64,000 nt of DNA from the NCBI RefSeq assembly GCF_033153115.1, contig NW_026889751.1:62001-126000 (forward strand), given 5' to 3'. The position numbers and the translations under genes were made by a program. Of the stretch, positions 37,188 to 50,611 are shown piece by piece. The stretch comes from Saccostrea echinata (Eukaryota). How positions within the stretch are numbered: position 1 is the first letter of the stretch; each line of letters starts with the position of its first letter. The notes beneath the pieces are model-generated. The model saw only the letters and a program-made list of their open reading frames with translations. It was not told the DNA's origin and searched no databases.

Positions 37188-39923
37188 ATGGCCAGTAAGT
37201 AAACACATACTCGGTTTTACATTTTGGAATTTCACTTACTTTTACTTACAAAAAATGTATATTGTACATCTTGCACTATTTTGTATTTTTCTCTGATGTA
37301 AAAAAGTTTTTTTTTTGTATACGTGTAAAGAGCAATATTAATTTGAGAAGAATGTTTTCTGAAACTTTAATTTTTTTAATAATTTGTAAGGGGTTTGCTG
37401 TTGATAAAATGAATTTTTTGGTAACGTTAATCAAGTGCCTGATTTTAAATATACTCACCTGGTTAAAAGTTAAGTTGTCTTAAAATTGGAGAAAGATGCA
37501 ACAATTTGGATAAATGAATACTATATATATAGCACTGAATCTGATTCTTTTTACGTCCAAGTTACGTACACTTTATATCAAATAAACATCAGAATGGCAT
37601 GGACATATTATTTCGCCTTCTAACCTGTGTAATTATAACTAATAAGCTCGGTTCTTATACCGCCTAGAACATTGTCAGAGGCTTAAAAACTCATTATTTT
37701 ATCTGATCAACTTTTGCACGAAATACGTAACATTGGAGTTGCGGTTCTTAATCTGCTTTTTGATGCAAATTAATCTGAATTTACTAGAAACGACAATTGG
37801 CGAATCTTACAAGATAACTATATATCTTACTTTACGTGTGTTAAATAACTCTAATCAATAAAAAAATCCTAGCAAATTGATGATGAAAAATGGTCTAGAA
37901 AAATAGGACAAATACTATAAAAAGACACATGTTAAACTCGCCAAAAAAAGAAGAAGACATTTTTTTTTGTTTTTCAAAGGAGGGTCCTAGTAAATATTCT
38001 ACAAATAACAAGATTTAAATGGATTTGATGCCAAACTTCAAAATATAGCAAAATAGAGATGCTTACTTTCTTGCATTTTCTCTTTGTAGCAACAGCCATC
38101 TTTTCGCCATCTGCTGCGGTTACTGACGTTTTTGAGAATGAGACGACTACACACGTCTTTGATACTTATAATTTCTTCGTTCATCCTCACTGGTACCAGT
38201 TCCCTCTGGTCTCTGACACGTGGCATTATGCCATTGGTGTATTCATCTCAATTGTCGGCATCGTTGGAATTTTTGGAAATGCCACCGTCATATATATTTT
38301 CAGCACGTACGTATAATACGTAATTCAGAAATTCCGAGTATTTGTACTAATTAATTTCATATAGTTTGTTTGTTTTTCCATAACCAACTCGGTCAATCTA
38401 GCTACAATATATTTTTAAACGCCTGGTTTTAACATAAGCATGGACTTATTGATAGACCTGACAAATAAATTTCATTTTATTTAGCACCAAAAACTTGAAG
38501 ACGCCATCCAACATGTTCATTGTAAATTTGGCGCTGAGCGACCTGATATTTTCCTTGGTGATGGGATTTCCTCTTCTAACCATATCGTCATTCAACAAAA
38601 AATGGATCTGGGGAAATACAGGTACTAAGCAAATATTATAAGTACCTTTGTACGTTGTAGATCTTCATGCTCTTGAAAACTGAAATCCTTATAATGAATG
38701 AGATAAATTTATATTTTGTAGCGTGTGAGCTCTATGGACTTATTGGTGGTATATTTGGTCTTATGTCCATTACCACGCTGTCCGCCATCAGTGTCGATCG
38801 ATACTATGCCATTGCACATCCTCTCCAAGCAGCCCATAATATGACAAGGAGGAAAGCTTTCACCATGATTTGTTTGGTCTGGGTATGGTCTCTATGCGCC
38901 TCTTTGCCACCTCTCTTTGGCTGGGGTGCGTACGTAGCGGAAGGATTTCAAACGTCCTGCACTTTCGATTACCTCACCACAACTCCAAGCAATAGGACAT
39001 ACATATTTTTCCTATATCTCTTTGGATTTGCCGCTCCTGTATTTGTAATTGCAATGTCGTATATTTTGATCCTCAGAGCTTTGAGAAAACACGAACAAAA
39101 AATGCAGAAAATGGCAGCCAAAATGAAGGTTGATGACATTAAAGCAAATCAAGAGAAAACCAAAGCTGAGGTAAAAATTGCAAAGATCGCCATTATGATT
39201 GTGGCCTTGTTCCTGTTGTCATGGAGTCCATATGCTACTGTGGCTTTGATTGGTCAATTTGGTCCAACAGAATGGGTCACCCCTTTCCTCTCTGAGCTGC
39301 CTGTCATGTTGGCAAAGGCTAGCGCCATGCATAATCCAATCGTCTATGCTCTAAGCCATCCTAAATTCAGAGAGGCTTTGTACAACAAAGCCCCAAGAAT
39401 TTTCAGTTGCTGCAAACCTCCAGGCAAATCAACACCTTCAGCATCAAGAGCAACAAATGTAAGCCGAACCATGAGTGGACTCAGTGACACTGTGGGAGGT
39501 GGTGCCAGTGACGTCTCTAGCTGTGTAAGTAACCTTAGTGATGTACACGACAACGCCATCCAAATGCGCAGAACCGGAAAAGGCTCAGACAACCAAGGCA
39601 CAGACAACAGTTCGACACAGCTGATTCAGAGTCTAGTGCAAGCACTCGTTGGCGTAACAAACCAGCAAAACAGACAAGTGGTATATCTTCCAAGCGCAAC
39701 ACAGAGTTCGCAAAGTGCTCAGGGTGCGGATCCAAATGGCGTGTTCATGGTCGACAACGGAGGACAGAAGATCGATATAAAGACTTATTTACAAGAAATA
39801 ATGGCTGCTGAAAAGATTGCAGCAGCTGTGGATGATTCCAAGAAAGATAATGTCGAGATCAAAGACGAGACCAACGCATCAAACGAGAAAGAAGTGGAGA
39901 AAATAGCAACTCAGGCAGTATGA
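37188..39923 (+). CDS. Rhabdomeric (Gq-coupled) opsin. Exons 37188-37194, 38090-38306, 38485-38621, 38721-39923
   Basis: HPHW N-terminal motif, GN..VI, LKTPSNMFIVNLALSD, DRY, EGFQTSCTFDYL (E181 counterion), retinal-binding Lys in LAKASAMHNPIVYALSHPKFR (HPK r-opsin signature), palmitoylation CC. Confidence 0.96.
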
Positions 39924-42068
39924 ATAGTTCGAGTAACAGCGAATAGAAGAATTATATCTACCTTTTGATACAATTTGCATGCTGAAGGGTTCGTATTGTT
40001 AAAAATGAATATGCTGAAAAATCGACAATGAATAAAAAACCACTATGAATTTTCTTGGTGTTTTCGACACTTTTTTTTCTCTTGCGAAAGGAACCCATAG
40101 TTTATCATCATTTCAGTACGGAAAAAAAGATTGTGGCCAAATCTTACACTACTATATAATGTATAACAATCTTTTTCAGATATGTTTCCGTTACTTATAA
40201 TAATTTTTGTTGTTAGCGTCCATCTTACTGATTTCGCAATGGTACTAATTTTAAAAAGTGATTTGTTATGTCATCTTGAAATTACTGTATCATTCTATCG
40301 CCTTGAGTACATGCTAGAATATGTTGATACTTTCGTGAAAATGTATAATAATTTGTGCTTTTAATATTTTTCATATAGCATAAGCTCTTTAATTGGAGAA
40401 TGTTTTGGTTATGCAATAAGAGAGGGCAGTGACAAACTACTTGTAGTTGTTTCTCATTATCTTTATGTTGCATTTTTAACGGATTTCTATTTTTGACCGT
40501 CAACAAGGTATCGTTGCTTTTACGTGGCATTCATCAGTGTGTCCAGGTTGGATATTTTTTCTATATTTAGCGATCTACCTGCGTGTTCGATAATTAATAC
40601 CTGTATTCATGCAATGTTTTAGACTTTAAATATTTATTTTTGAAACTTCATCTTGTTATATAATTTTTGGAAAATGATACATTTGAAAAATCATTTATTG
40701 TACAAGTTTAATGTTTCTGTAATAAAGTTGTCTTTATTTTTGTTTCCTTTGTTTTCTTTGCATATTAAATACACAACACTCCAAAAAGAGTATTCACCTA
40801 TCTAAACGATTTTTTCAATGTGATACCGGTATCTGGTTTCGCCAATGCCGATTTCCATAAAACAATAAAAAAAAGACACTTAATATTGTTATTCAATGAA
40901 AAAGAAACAGGATATTATGGAATTTTCGATATAGTGATTAAGTCAATAATAAAAATGGATTTGAATAAACAGATTCTCAGCACAAAGGGAGGAATTGTAC
41001 ATAAAGGTTAAATAACTACCGAAAATAAAACATCCTGATATAGGTAATCAGGTGATCCGCCAAGGTGTTAGACGCCCACGGATGTAAGAAAGATCTTCTC
41101 AGATAGGTATGCAAAGTCTTTAAATCCATTTAAAGTTAAATGATATCTATAAGGTAATCTGGGCCCTTTCCATATCAAACAAGCCTAACGTTAAGGTTTG
41201 ACTTATATATCTAGGTAAATAGACGAAATTCAATCAAATCCCTCATTTGAGCAGTTTACGCAAATCAACATGTTTTAAAGTTGGCAAGAATTTTAACCAA
41301 AATTTAAAATCTGTTGCAGAATTTTCTTTTCAGAAATGCTGATACATGTATAGCAAGTGGCAAAAGTTAGTGTATTTTTAAAATTTTTGAAACCACTGGT
41401 ATAAGTTAATGAGCTCACTGTAGTGACCCGGTGATCTAAAAAACATTTATTCTTACACGATTAATTAAAGCTAGATTAAATCGTAGTTTGGCAGCTATCA
41501 TTAAAATGGGAGAAAGCTATTAAATGTAGATTAGCCCACTTCACCTAACAGTGACCATTAAAGTTCTATGACCTTTGCTCTCACGATTGTCCATTTCGAG
41601 AAACAGAGAATATACGTTCTAAAGAATGAATACAGGTTCTTCTTGTCAAGAAATATAAAAAAAACTATTTAAGAAAACACATTAAAATATTTAAAGATTC
41701 TACGGGGTATAATAAAAATTATCTCAATTAAAAAAAAATTCAACTAAATACACCCCATACATTATCTTAAAAATGGTGTCACTGAAATGACGTTTTTCAT
41801 TTATCCTTCAATAAATTTACATCAATAGAACAGTGTATTATTTAGATACAAGTTTTCAATACAGAATTTTATTCTTAACTGTACAAATACATTTGATCAA
41901 ATGATTTTTTTCTTGTCCAAATTTAGGTACCTATATCATTACTAGTCATGTTAAACAAACTCAGACTATTTGTATCAAGGAATACGGAAATATTGAGACT
42001 TAAAACAATTTCTTCAAGGCAGATGAAAATTGGTGTCATTAAAGAATGTCATTAATGGGTGAATGTGA

Positions 42069-43532
42069 TTAAGTCCTGATTGCCTTCTTGCTTCCAGTGG
42101 AGATTCCTGTTTTTGCGGAACATCTCTTCTTCCTTCCATGGTTCTTCTCATTTCCTCTTTTCTTACCAAATATACTGGCGAACGTGGAGTCTTTCTTGGT
42201 GCGCATACGCGGCATTTCTACATTATGCGGACTTTCTACTATAGTGGGTCGGTAAGATGAAGTGTTTTGCTCTGCTAGAACTTTCATAAAAGATCCTATG
42301 GTGGCATTATGACCAGGTTTGGGTGGTTTTGTTTCGACCTTCGATAAATCGGGTTGACTTTTGTGGAATTTCTCTGGCTCTTTTATCCTTGCCCCTGGGG
42401 TTAAAGAAAGCAATGATAAAGTTTGATTAGGATGAATCCTGGGGGTCTCCTGTGGCGTTTCCTGTAGACTCTGAGGGTGTGACCTAAAAGCTTTTGTAGG
42501 TTCAGATTTAGAAAATGGAGGTGCGGTATGGTGTCCTCGTATTTGCTGTGGTTGTAAGCGCAATGGTGGGTCCTTTTTCACAACAAAATACGTTGTCTTG
42601 TTATCGTCTTCTGTGACCGCTTCCGCCACGGGGGCGGATACATGTATAATAGGTGTTTCGTAGTAATTGTGATGTAGCCTTAACAATCTGCTGCTGCCTA
42701 GAATGGCAGCTCGTTCGTAGTTAGATTTCCGTCTAAGGTTATACTGTTTTTCCTTCATTGATTGGCCTATTTCGGACCACTCCTCAGCACTTCTGAAGGT
42801 GTAACTGTCGGACTGACCTGGGCAGGCCCTGCCCTCCTTTTGAAGAATGTCAGTGATCTCTTTGTATCCTAGTCTTTTGGCATGAAGGTATGGTGTAAGT
42901 CCTAAGTTGTCAGAAACGTCAACAGACAACCGAAAACGACGAAACTCTTCCACTAATCTTCTAACTATTGTAACGTGACCACCTTGAGTGGCGTGGTGGA
43001 GGACCGTCATTCCCTCTGTATCCTTATCGGTGAGGTCATGGTCACCGTTCAGTATCTCTAGCAACAGGTCGACCTGTTCTGCACGACCTAGAATAGCAGC
43101 CCATGAGAGCAAAGACCTTTTGTGCTTGCAGTCTTTATGCTTTGGATCTGCTCCTTTTGATGTCAGATAGCGAAACATTTTTCTACGTTTTTCGTCACAA
43201 TCTATGTGAAGGGCACCAACAAGAACACTGTAGCCGTAATTATTTCTGCTGTTAATTTTGTATCCTCCATCAAGAATCAGCTTTACTTTTCTGAATCTTC
43301 CCTTGACTGCCGAATGAAAGAGATTATTGGCCATGCATGCGTTTACCCTGTCCACTCCAGAAGATCTGGATGATTGGCTAGAGGTCCGACTTCTTGTACG
43401 AGTCATTTCCGGTGATCTATTCTTTATCGTCTCCGATCCGAGCACTTCCCTGACCTGGTTCACATCCCCTACTTTCTCCATCTGATTCACCAATGATTTC
43501 ACTTCAATAACCGTTTCCTCTCTGAGAACCAT
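42069..43532 (-). CDS. Ankyrin-repeat protein, single coding exon, 487 aa (ANKRD34/63-like layout)
   Basis: Long ORF with about four ankyrin repeats (GMTVLHHATQGGH, GLTPYLHAKRLGY) and a basic, disordered C-terminus. Confidence 0.88.
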   Translation of the reverse strand: MVLREETVIEVKSLVNQMEKVGDVNQVREVLGSETIKNRSPEMTRTRSRTSSQSSRSSGVDRVNACMANNLFHSAVKGRFRKVKLILDGGYKINSRNNYGYSVLVGALHIDCDEKRRKMFRYLTSKGADPKHKDCKHKRSLLSWAAILGRAEQVDLLLEILNGDHDLTDKDTEGMTVLHHATQGGHVTIVRRLVEEFRRFRLSVDVSDNLGLTPYLHAKRLGYKEITDILQKEGRACPGQSDSYTFRSAEEWSEIGQSMKEKQYNLRRKSNYERAAILGSSRLLRLHHNYYETPIIHVSAPVAEAVTEDDNKTTYFVVKKDPPLRLQPQQIRGHHTAPPFSKSEPTKAFRSHPQSLQETPQETPRIHPNQTLSLLSLTPGARIKEPEKFHKSQPDLSKVETKPPKPGHNATIGSFMKVLAEQNTSSYRPTIVESPHNVEMPRMRTKKDSTFASIFGKKRGNEKNHGRKKRCSAKTGISTGSKKAIRT

Positions 43533-45558
43533 TTTGGAAAACGTTGTCGTGTCTCTATATCCTTCTATTTCTTCCCTGACGACAGTTCGCCTTTTTCGAC
43601 TATATTTGACATGAATATGTCATATTAAAGAAATGAATATATAAATCTTCTTAAAATCCCTTAGACGTAGCAGACATTAATAAAGTTTCAGAAATCCATA
43701 TCACCATGCAACATACTCAATACACACTTTCAATGAACATCCTTAGTCCACCGTATAAACGACTGCCCGACAGCCCTTTCACTTCCACAGAACCTGTTAA
43801 ACTACACAGTTATTTTCTTTCATAAAGTTCTCATCTCGATAAAGTCTACATTGCTCAAATCCTCTTACATTCATTTTTCTTTGGTATTTAAAATCCGTCG
43901 AAACGCCGTTCAGGGTCTGTGTTTGATATGTAAAATTTTCACGTATCGAATACTCTCCATAATAATAGAGCTTTTAACAGCACCTTGATTAGGTAGACTG
44001 AAAACTCTGTGAACTGTTGAAGTGTTACATCAACCTCGCCATATTGAGAGGTCAATACTTTCACCTGATCATGGAAATTAACATGTTCTCTTCAGAGAAA
44101 AATAGCTTAAAGTTCCGGGCAGATTTTCAAAATAATTAGCTAATTACAGGTATCCATTACAAAAAATACGAGTGCCAGAAGTAGCAAAACGTGTTTTCTG
44201 ATCGACTAGTTAAAATGTAGAGGTTATGGCCTTTAAAAGCAATAACCAAACTTGCATGAAATATTCAATCTGCGATTTTACTTTTAAAATATGATCTTGT
44301 TAAATGGCTGCGTTATTGCTGAGCTGAAGTTTCTAATTTACGATACAGTGCTTCTAAAATAACCTTTGGTCCTGTTATTGATTCAAACCATTCGTGATGA
44401 TTATTTGTGAAAACAAAGTTCAATACGCTATTCAATGCAGTTATCGATAAGTCCGTATATTAAAGTAGATAATTTCCCTGGTGTTAAGGCTGTTTTTGCT
44501 TCATTAAACTTTATTAACAGAGCGGAGCAGAGAAACGGAAACAAAGTATCGAGAAGCCAATGTCATCATCGAAAGAAAAAGCCAAATTTATACATATACG
44601 TATTGGCTAAATGTTTTGCGTAGATAAGAACTGGAAAAAAATAGACAAAAATCACTAGTACAGCTTTATCCTTAGACCTATTTTGGTAAGATCTTCTATG
44701 TATCGTCTGAGGCAAAGGCAGAAATATCAGTTACTACGTGAACAAAAATATATGTATATGAAAAAACAAAAAAGCCAGTTCATTCTTTCTTTGATTATCT
44801 AAAGTATAATTTAGGCATATTTTGTGCGAGGTTTTGTCACTTTATTTTAGTTTGATGGGACTTTCTCCCCAGAATGTTCAAAGATCTACAAAGGGCTCTC
44901 TTGCAGCGCTTACCCGGTGGAAAATGTCGCTTTCAAAACGATGATAAATGTCCCGATTATATTCGATTTGCCAGACCGAGATAAGACTTGATTTACTCTC
45001 CAGATATTAGATTATGTTTTGTTGCAATATCTAAAAATGAACTTGTTGATTATTTAACGGACACCAGAGTTTACACAATCATTTAAATTTTCACAAGTTA
45101 TGGTGGCACTAATCAATAAATGAACATGTACACAAAGGAAGGGCTCGACATATATTCTCAGTATTATACGCTGTTTTAATATGATATGTAACTATTTTCT
45201 TATTTGAAATTTTGGAAGTCAGTGATTACAATTAATATCAAAAGAAAGATAAAATATGCATTGTAAAAAGAATATAACACTAAAATTCTAGCAAAAAATG
45301 TCATCATGTAATCTATATGAAATAAATGTACAGACTTTATATTCCAACATCAGGAAAAAGTCTGAAGTATTATTTTCACATTATACGTCTCTTTTGTGGA
45401 GATATTTCCTCTGCAATATATATGCAGTATAGAGGAATTGTTTGAATATAAAGGCAAAATATTTGTGACAGTAATTTTGTTTTAATTTCTTTTTCAATAA
45501 AGAATTAGATAACTTTATTCTCTCTTGCAATGAGAATTTTTTTTCTGGCTCACATAGG

Positions 45559-46026
45559 TTATTAGTCCCCTACCGGTGAAACCGGAGGGGACTATAGGTT
45601 TCCTCTGAGTCTGTCCGTCCGTCTGTCTGTCTAGCTGTCTAGCTGTCTGTCTGTCCCTCTGTCTGCCTGTCAGTCTGTCCCACTTGGTTTTTCCGCACTT
45701 TTTTTCCTAAACGCTTGCAGATATTGAGCTGATTTTTGGTATGAGAGTGTATCTTGATGAGTTACAGATCGAGTTAGCATTTCGTTCCGCTTCATTGATT
45801 TTTGACGGAATTACGGCCTTTTCAATTTTTAAGGGTTTTCCGCAATTTTCTCTTAAACGCTTCCAGATATTGAGCTGATTTTTGGTATGTGACTTTACCT
45901 TGATTAGTTATAGAAAAAGTTTGCATTTCGTCCTGCTTCATTGATTTTTGACGGAATTATGGCATTTTCAATTCTTAACGGGAACCAGATTACACTTGCC
46001 GGTAGGGGACTAGTATTGCTAATGCA
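45559..46026. mobile_element. Helentron-associated interspersed element (HINE; pearl/CvA/DINE-1-like)
   Basis: subTIR tagtcccctaccgg..ggggacta, (GTCY)n microsatellite, two ~150-bp internal repeats, 3' ccggtaggggacta plus hairpin agtattgc..gcaatact, TT ends. Confidence 0.8.
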
Positions 46027-47594
46027 ATACTCTCAGAATGCTTGTTATCTTAGGTACACAATTATCTTCTAGAAAGAAAAAAACGTTTCTATTTAAAAAA
46101 GATACCTGTTGTTTTTTTTTAACAGATAACTCTCTTTTCATTCAGAGGCTCATCTTGTACATAAATATTTCGCTACTCGAGGATTTAAATATGAATAAAT
46201 AATTTTATATATCCTAAATCACAGACATATTTTTGGGGAAGAACTCTCCTTAATGGGTATGCGATTGACTTATCTACTAGTATTAGAATCAAGATGTCTC
46301 TGATTAGTGAAGATGAAGTAGCTTTAATATACATTATCATCAGCAATAAATAGTGATATGGCCTCTTGCGAGTTTGTTTTTGAATATTTATCAGTATTTG
46401 ACGTATGTCTTTCTTCGTTGGTTAATGTCCATGAATAAGAATTTAATTGAACGTGCATGTCTAAAATATTTTTTCCTGTCACCAAAAGTCCATAACGTTG
46501 TCAGCAAAAGATTAATAGAAATTGTTGATGAAAAATTTTAAAAGATTTCATATATGATTATGAAGGTCAGAGTACAAGTTGCTTTCCTTCAACCATTTAG
46601 TTTCTGTCCGATTGACAGTTATTACTATTTAAAATCAATCATAGGTTCTATTCAAATTTCGTAAATTACAACATGCCATTTTTAAACTGCACTTTAGACA
46701 TACTTAAACCCCGGGTAATAACTTTATGACTTTTTGTGGTTTTTATTTTTTAAATCGTCAAAAAAATATAACGTCTTTTAAAATTTGATTTTATTTGTAT
46801 GAACCCATCCTAAACATGCTGAATGGCAAAATAAACAGATCTGCGTATTTGAGCTCTATTTTTCTGGGGACCATAGAATTCATTTGGACCAGACGATATC
46901 ATGAACGACATTTCTCAGGTTTAAAGTAAATTAATGACTGAGTCTCTGTTTGACAGATAAACAGATATTGTAAACAAAATGGCGAGATTTCCATCGCCTA
47001 ACTCCAAAAGTAAACAATTTTTTACGATTTAAGTCAGTCACTGATACACGGCTGTTGTCATACTTCAAAGGAAGGTATTTACTTGGATTGGTTCATTCAA
47101 AGTCAGTGTTTGCTATAACCAATTAGTGACTGTTACAGGATTAAATTTCATTTAATTTTTTTTATCTTTTTTTTTAATCTGTAAAAGAAATTTGAAAAGT
47201 AGTTAACCCCTTTTGTCTTATCTTTAATTACTTTGTAATAATTCATCTCTTCTGATGCACACCAGGTTAAGATCTGTGTAAACAGAAGACACTTTGACCT
47301 GTAATTTCATTAGTTGCATCAGAGTACTAAGGAATACTGAAAGCGATACCTTGGCCCTGAGAGCCCCCCCCCCCCAATTTTTCCGCCGAGACGTTCTTTT
47401 ACTCTTTGATAAGAGACATAACTCTCACTGCAATTTAAATTTCCCTTGTAATTCAATGGTGATTCCTGTCTGCACCACAAGGTTTACTGAAATTGTTTGC
47501 AATTCAATTTTAGTATATCTTGCGTGCAAAATTTAAAAAATGAAACTTTATCTCACTTAATATCCACATATGTGGATTTTATAATAAGTGCTTG

Positions 47595-48912
47595 AACAAG
47601 AGGCCCATGGTCCACAAGGCTCATATAAGCCTCCTTGGTCCTTTTGTTCTTCAAAAGATTTTTCCCTCTATATTTTCCATGAAAAATATTTATCCCAAAT
47701 GGCCAATTTGTGGTGCCACTCTAGTCCCAAGGGGTTCTGATAAAAATTTTAAATGGTCAAAATTTAATTCACATTGTTCCTGAGAAGAATTTTAAAAACT
47801 TTTCATATTGCATATAAAACTTTGATTCTCTATGGTCGTCCCACCCTACCCGTGATTTGAAAAAAAAAAAAACGAATGAATCTACACTACCTAAGAATGC
47901 TTGCATCTTTATATGATAAATCATAACTTTGGTGTTCTTGTGAAGGTATTTAAAACTATAGTAAAATATTTCAAATTGAAAACATCGATTTCGGCTATTT
48001 TGGCTCCGGTCCGCCCTACCCCCTGAGGTCATGATTTGAACAAACCTGTTCTTGAGAAGAATTTTTTAAAATGATTTTCTTCTATATTTACCCGTTAAAC
48101 TTTGATTCCCTAGTGTGACCCCACCCTACCTCCGTGGGCACAATTTGAACAAACTTAAATCTACACAAACTGAGGATGCTTACATATTACTTCCACTAAC
48201 CATTGCCTTCATTTTTCAAGGATTTTTTCCCTATAACTGTGATGCACTATTGAGGTCCCACCCTACCCTCAGGGGCATTGTTTCAAACATATTTGAATCT
48301 GCACTACCTGGGGGTGCTTGAAAGTACGGTAATTCATGGCTATGCTGTTCTTTAAGAGGAGGTTTAATGATTTTCCTCTCATATTTTCCCTTGTAAAACA
48401 TGATTCCATATTGCGGTCCCATCCTATCCCCTGGGGTCATGATTTGAACAAATCTGAATGTGCACTCCCTGAGGATACTTGCATATTGATATGACTAACC
48501 ATTGCCCTGCTCTTCTAGAGAAGGTTTTTAAAGATTTTTTTCCTTTGTATATACATGTAAAACTTTGATGACCTGTTGCGGCCCCACCCTGACTTGAACA
48601 AACTTGAATGTGCACTATGCCTATAGAAAGCTTCCAAATAATTTCATCTTTTCTGGCCCTGCATGTGGTTCTTGAGAAAGATGTTTAAAATGACCCCAAC
48701 CTATTTTTGTCTTTTCTTAATTATCTACCCTTGGAAGACGGCCTCGCCCATCATTTAAATAAATCTCAATTCACATTACCCAGTAATGCTTTTTGTCAAG
48801 TTTGGTTAAATTTGGCCCAGTGGTTCTGGAGAAAAAGTCGAAAATATTAAAGTTAACAGACGACAGGTGATCAAAATAGCTTAATTGAATCTCCGGTTCA
48901 GGTGAGCTAAAA
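47595..48912. mobile_element. HINE with array of ~165-bp satellite-like monomers
   Basis: Starts aacaagaggcccatgg and ends ttcaggtgagctaaaa. Repeated ggtcatgatttgaacaaacttgaatctacactacct. Same family as 62116-62882. Confidence 0.8.
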
Positions 48913-48960
48913 TGTTATTTTGAAATGTAGGTCATATCCGAAAATTTATAGTTTTATCCA

Positions 48961-49057
48961 CAGGCCTTTAGATAGCTTTCATCTTGCGGACAAACTTGGA
49001 GTAAAAAGAAAGAACAACCCTAGTTTGTCAGTTAGATATAAGCGATCTAAAGGCCTG
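48961..49057. repeat. Imperfect inverted repeat (small MITE-like hairpin)
   Basis: caggcctttagatagctt..gacaaact pairs with agtttgtc..aagcgatctaaaggcctg. Confidence 0.7.
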
Positions 49058-50611
49058 TTGTTTTAACCCTAATGCAACCTACGTGCAACTTTAGTCATTG
49101 CTTAAACTTACTTTGGAATGAAAATAAATCTTTCAGAAATCTTTAATCTGTTCTCTCATCTGAATAATACAAGTCACATGGAACATCTGGAGAATCATTT
49201 AAAGAAATATACATCCTCATCTGGAGCATATATGTAAGTTTGGTGAAAGAAAAACTTGTTTCAAAATTCAAATGTTCCAGTTTCTACAACATCCGAAGCC
49301 AAATATTCATCCTTAATGATGTTCATTTAAGTTAAACTAAACTTATAGCCACAAACTTAGAATTGACCTGTTCCAACGGCGTTTATATCTAATAATACAT
49401 TGGTAAATGTATGCAGCATCGGAAGCATTTGAAGTATCCATGCAACACGCTATAGACTAGTAATGCTTCTGAATGGAAGTACATGTACTGAAAAAAACCC
49501 ATCTATTGGCTCAGTGAGAATTTAAGTCACATACATTAAACCTCTGACTGGTAGATACAACATAGATCTATATGCATTTTGCATTAGTCACAGTATGACT
49601 TACAGTAATCTGGGAGTTGAATGCTTCAAAAAGATCCAGGTGATCATATGTCACATGGAACATTAAAACCACGACAGAAATATAGTCCTGATTACTCATC
49701 CATAAAATATAGGTCATATGTAAAATCCAAATCAAACTTCAAAGATATAAGCAGTATACATCCTTATTGATACTGTAATTATTCATGCAAGTTCAGCATA
49801 GAATTATGGCTGCTTGGGAATTTAAAGGACTTTGAACCTGAACACTCATCGGGATTTACAGCATCTGAAGCCCGATAACTTTTATATGGACCAAGCCCTT
49901 CTGAACCATAAAAAGCCCAGTGGAAGAGATGAAAAAGCCAAGATTTTCCTGCACTCCTACTTGTCATTGTCAACGAAAAAATAAATCTTTTGATACCACT
50001 TATAATGTAGAACGAGGTCTGATGAGAAGCTTAATTTTTAGACTATTCTTTTTAATACTCCCCTGTGCCATAACTGAAGTTTCCAACTCCATGATACATG
50101 TACATATACTACATGACTAATCATATGCAAAAAGAATTTTTGGCAGCCTCCAAAAATGTAGCTGTTCTAATACAAGAAAGAGTGACAGGAGGATGGACAG
50201 AATGAATAGTTCTGCTCAAAGTGAAAGTACAACTGAAATATGGAAAGATTTTAAAGAAGTTGTATAACAAAACCTCAACACGTAGATACATATGTTTATC
50301 ATTCTTAAATATTTATTCAAATCATCAAATACTTTTGGAAAATTCTATTGTTGATTCCATAATTTTATATTTTTAACTCTTAGTACCCCCCCCCCTTTAT
50401 TTTGAAAGAAGAAAAAGCATTCTAATTGAGGTTTTATCAAAGTCACAATACATATATTAGATTTTCAAAACATTGTTGGCTTTGTGTTTAAAACTTCGGA
50501 TTCAGTATAATATATGTACTTAATTCGAGTTTAACAAAGAAGTTTGTTTATTGACTTTGTAGTTTGATATTGCAAAGGGGAAAACTAATCGTAATTAGGA
50601 AGATATCGACT

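Noticed and set aside
49100-50110. Coding-like stretch on the minus strand with stops and frameshifts
   Set aside because: No recognisable protein motif. It may be a pseudogene or TE relic but cannot be assigned without a tblastx search.
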